A DNA stretch of 64,000 nt, taken from the NCBI GenBank assembly GCA_963704165.1, contig CAVPHD010000004.1:32001-96000 (forward strand), read 5' to 3'. The position numbers were made by a program, and so were the translations under genes. Origin of the DNA: an uncultured delta proteobacterium. GTDB taxonomy: Bacteria; Myxococcota_A; UBA9160; SZUA-336. Shown one piece after another: positions 62,365 through 64,000 of this stretch. The notes below the pieces were generated by a model that saw only the letters and a program-made list of their open reading frames with translations, searched no databases and was not told the origin of the DNA. Position 1 is the first letter of the stretch, and each line of letters opens with the position of its first letter.

Positions 62365-63447
62365 TCATTGGCCGAGCGAGAGCACGTAGCCGTGGTCGGG
62401 CCGGGCTCGGCCGTCGAGTGTCTCGCGCCAGACGCGTTCGACGTCGGCTCGGCCACGACCTTCGCGGACCTCGAGCCAGGCTTGTGAATCGCTGACGAAG
62501 TCGCGGAACGCCTCGCCCATCCGATCTTGAAGCGCCCGGCCACCCCAGTCGCGCGTGCGCTTCTCGATTCGCGAGGGCGCGAAGAAGAAGGCGGGTCGCG
62601 GTCCCGGCAGATCGCGCGCCCGCGGCTCGCTCTCCCAGTGGGTCGCACCGACGACGCAGCTGTGCGCGAGCTGCGCGCCGAAGTGGCGGTGCACGGCGCC
62701 CACCACCTCGCCGTCGTTCGCCATGTCGACGAAGACGGTCCGATCCGCGGCGTCGAGCGAGGGAATCTGCGCGTACGGCACGACGCGGTCGTAAGAACCG
62801 AGCTTCTCGACGAAGGCCGCGTTGCGCTCCGAGGTCAGCCCGACCACCTCGCAGCCGCCCGCGCGCGAGAGTACGAACGCGAGGCTGATCGCGGTCTTGC
62901 TCGAGGCGCTCGCGATCACGACCCGGCGCGCGTCGAAGAAACGCTCGTCGGCGAGGAAGTCCGCGAGCAGGAATCCCGTCATGAATAGCGGCTGGAGCAG
63001 CGCCTGACGGTCCTCGCCCGCCGGTTCGTAGCCGGGATCCGCGAGCACGCGGCGATACTGGTTGTAGACCGCGGGCAGGGACTTGCGGTGGGAGGCTCCG
63101 TCCACGAATCCGCCCGGTGTGATCGCTGCGGGCTGCACCACGAGGTGGCTCGACATCGGGAAGTAGCCGTACAGGCGCTCGTTCGTCGGGAGGTCTGCGT
63201 CATTCGAATCGATCACGTCGGCGAAGCCCCAGACCGGCACGCGTCCCCAGCCGGACTCTGCCGGGAAGAAGCTCCAATAGGAGAGGGCGTCGCCGCTGAC
63301 CGCATAGGTGACGTTGTTCGCGGTCAGCGCGAAGCGGTCGACGCGGACGAGGGCTTCGCCGGGCGCGAGCTCGGACAGCGGCTCCTCGGCGAAGCGCGTC
63401 CGTCGCAGGTCGTCCCGGCGCACTTCGAAGTGCAGGGCGTTCGGCAT
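62365..63447 (-). CDS. DUF2855-family protein
   Basis: FALTANNVTYA, YWSFFP, VPVWGFA, GYFPMS, SASSKTA, VGATHW. Confidence 0.85.
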   Translation of the reverse strand: MPNALHFEVRRDDLRRTRFAEEPLSELAPGEALVRVDRFALTANNVTYAVSGDALSYWSFFPAESGWGRVPVWGFADVIDSNDADLPTNERLYGYFPMSSHLVVQPAAITPGGFVDGASHRKSLPAVYNQYRRVLADPGYEPAGEDRQALLQPLFMTGFLLADFLADERFFDARRVVIASASSKTAISLAFVLSRAGGCEVVGLTSERNAAFVEKLGSYDRVVPYAQIPSLDAADRTVFVDMANDGEVVGAVHRHFGAQLAHSCVVGATHWESEPRARDLPGPRPAFFFAPSRIEKRTRDWGGRALQDRMGEAFRDFVSDSQAWLEVREGRGRADVERVWRETLDGRARPDHGYVLSLGQ

Positions 63448-63520
63448 CTCGGCTCCTTGGGGGATCCGGCGTTCCCGAGTATGCGCGAACCGGGTAGAGT
63501 GGGGGTATGAGGAAGGTGGG

Positions 63521-64000
63521 GTGATCCAGAGGGCGCTCGCTTTCGCGCTGGCCGCGATTCTCTTTCCCCAGGCCAGCGCGCGTGCCGACTTCGTGCCGGA
63601 AGTGGTTGGCCAGGTGACGACGCTGCCGGCGCCGGGTCCGCACTGGATCTTCGTGTCGGACATGCTGCTGCGTCGCGCGGCGCTGCTCGATGCCGACACC
63701 GGCACGTTCCTCGGCATGCTCTCGTCCAATCTCGGTCCGATCGCACCGCTGGTGACGCCGACCGGCGGCGCCATCTACCTTCCCGAGACCTATTACAGCC
63801 GCGGCAGCCGGGGCGAACGCACGGACGTGCTGACGATCTACGATCCGAAGACGCTCGCACCGACGGGCGAAGTCGTGATCCCGCCCAAGCGCGCCGACAT
63901 CGTGCACGGCGCCGGGCTCTCCGGACTGCTCGACGACGGGCGCTTCGCCGTCGTCTTCAACCTGACGCCGGCGACGTCCGTCTCCGTCATCGACACCACG
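63521..64000 (+). CDS. mauB: Amine dehydrogenase large (beta-propeller) subunit, MauB/AauB-like; 5' part only
   Basis: Manual translation from GTG 63521: signal peptide; DADTGTFLGML, ETYYSRGSRGERTDV, FNLTPATSVSVID; frame open to the window end. Confidence 0.82.
   Translation, partial: MIQRALAFALAAILFPQASARADFVPEVVGQVTTLPAPGPHWIFVSDMLLRRAALLDADTGTFLGMLSSNLGPIAPLVTPTGGAIYLPETYYSRGSRGERTDVLTIYDPKTLAPTGEVVIPPKRADIVHGAGLSGLLDDGRFAVVFNLTPATSVSVIDTT

Overview
A GC-rich, gene-dense chromosomal window with about 60 CDS. I found no rRNA, tRNA, CRISPR array, integrase or transposase. The gene content (F420-type LLM/PPOX enzymes, paired acyl-CoA dehydrogenases, PEP-CTERM and dockerin-like secreted proteins, TonB systems) suggests an uncultured Myxococcota/deltaproteobacterial aerobe that degrades lipids and aromatics; this is inference. 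At least seven genes carry single-base frameshifts that look like long-read consensus errors. Highlights: (1) a Fur-box-controlled operon of a diheme CcP/MauG-family enzyme, a Tat-exported metallophosphoesterase with a WPW motif and a monoheme cytochrome c; (2) a TonB / PEP-CTERM / Met-rich secreted protein / OprC-like receptor locus, probably for copper uptake, beside an SHP-DHC-cytochrome b operon and its two-component system; (3) a 290-aa intein inside the CxxxCxxC motif of a radical SAM protein; (4) a Cys-rich dockerin-like module shared by two unrelated secreted proteins; (5) a PerR-like regulator, rubrerythrin, Fe-S oxidoreductase and DUF3501 operon with a perfect palindromic operator; (6) recurrent leaderless-type promoters; (7) a MauB-like amine dehydrogenase gene at the right edge that the ORF track misses. 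All family calls come from motif recognition by eye, not database searches.
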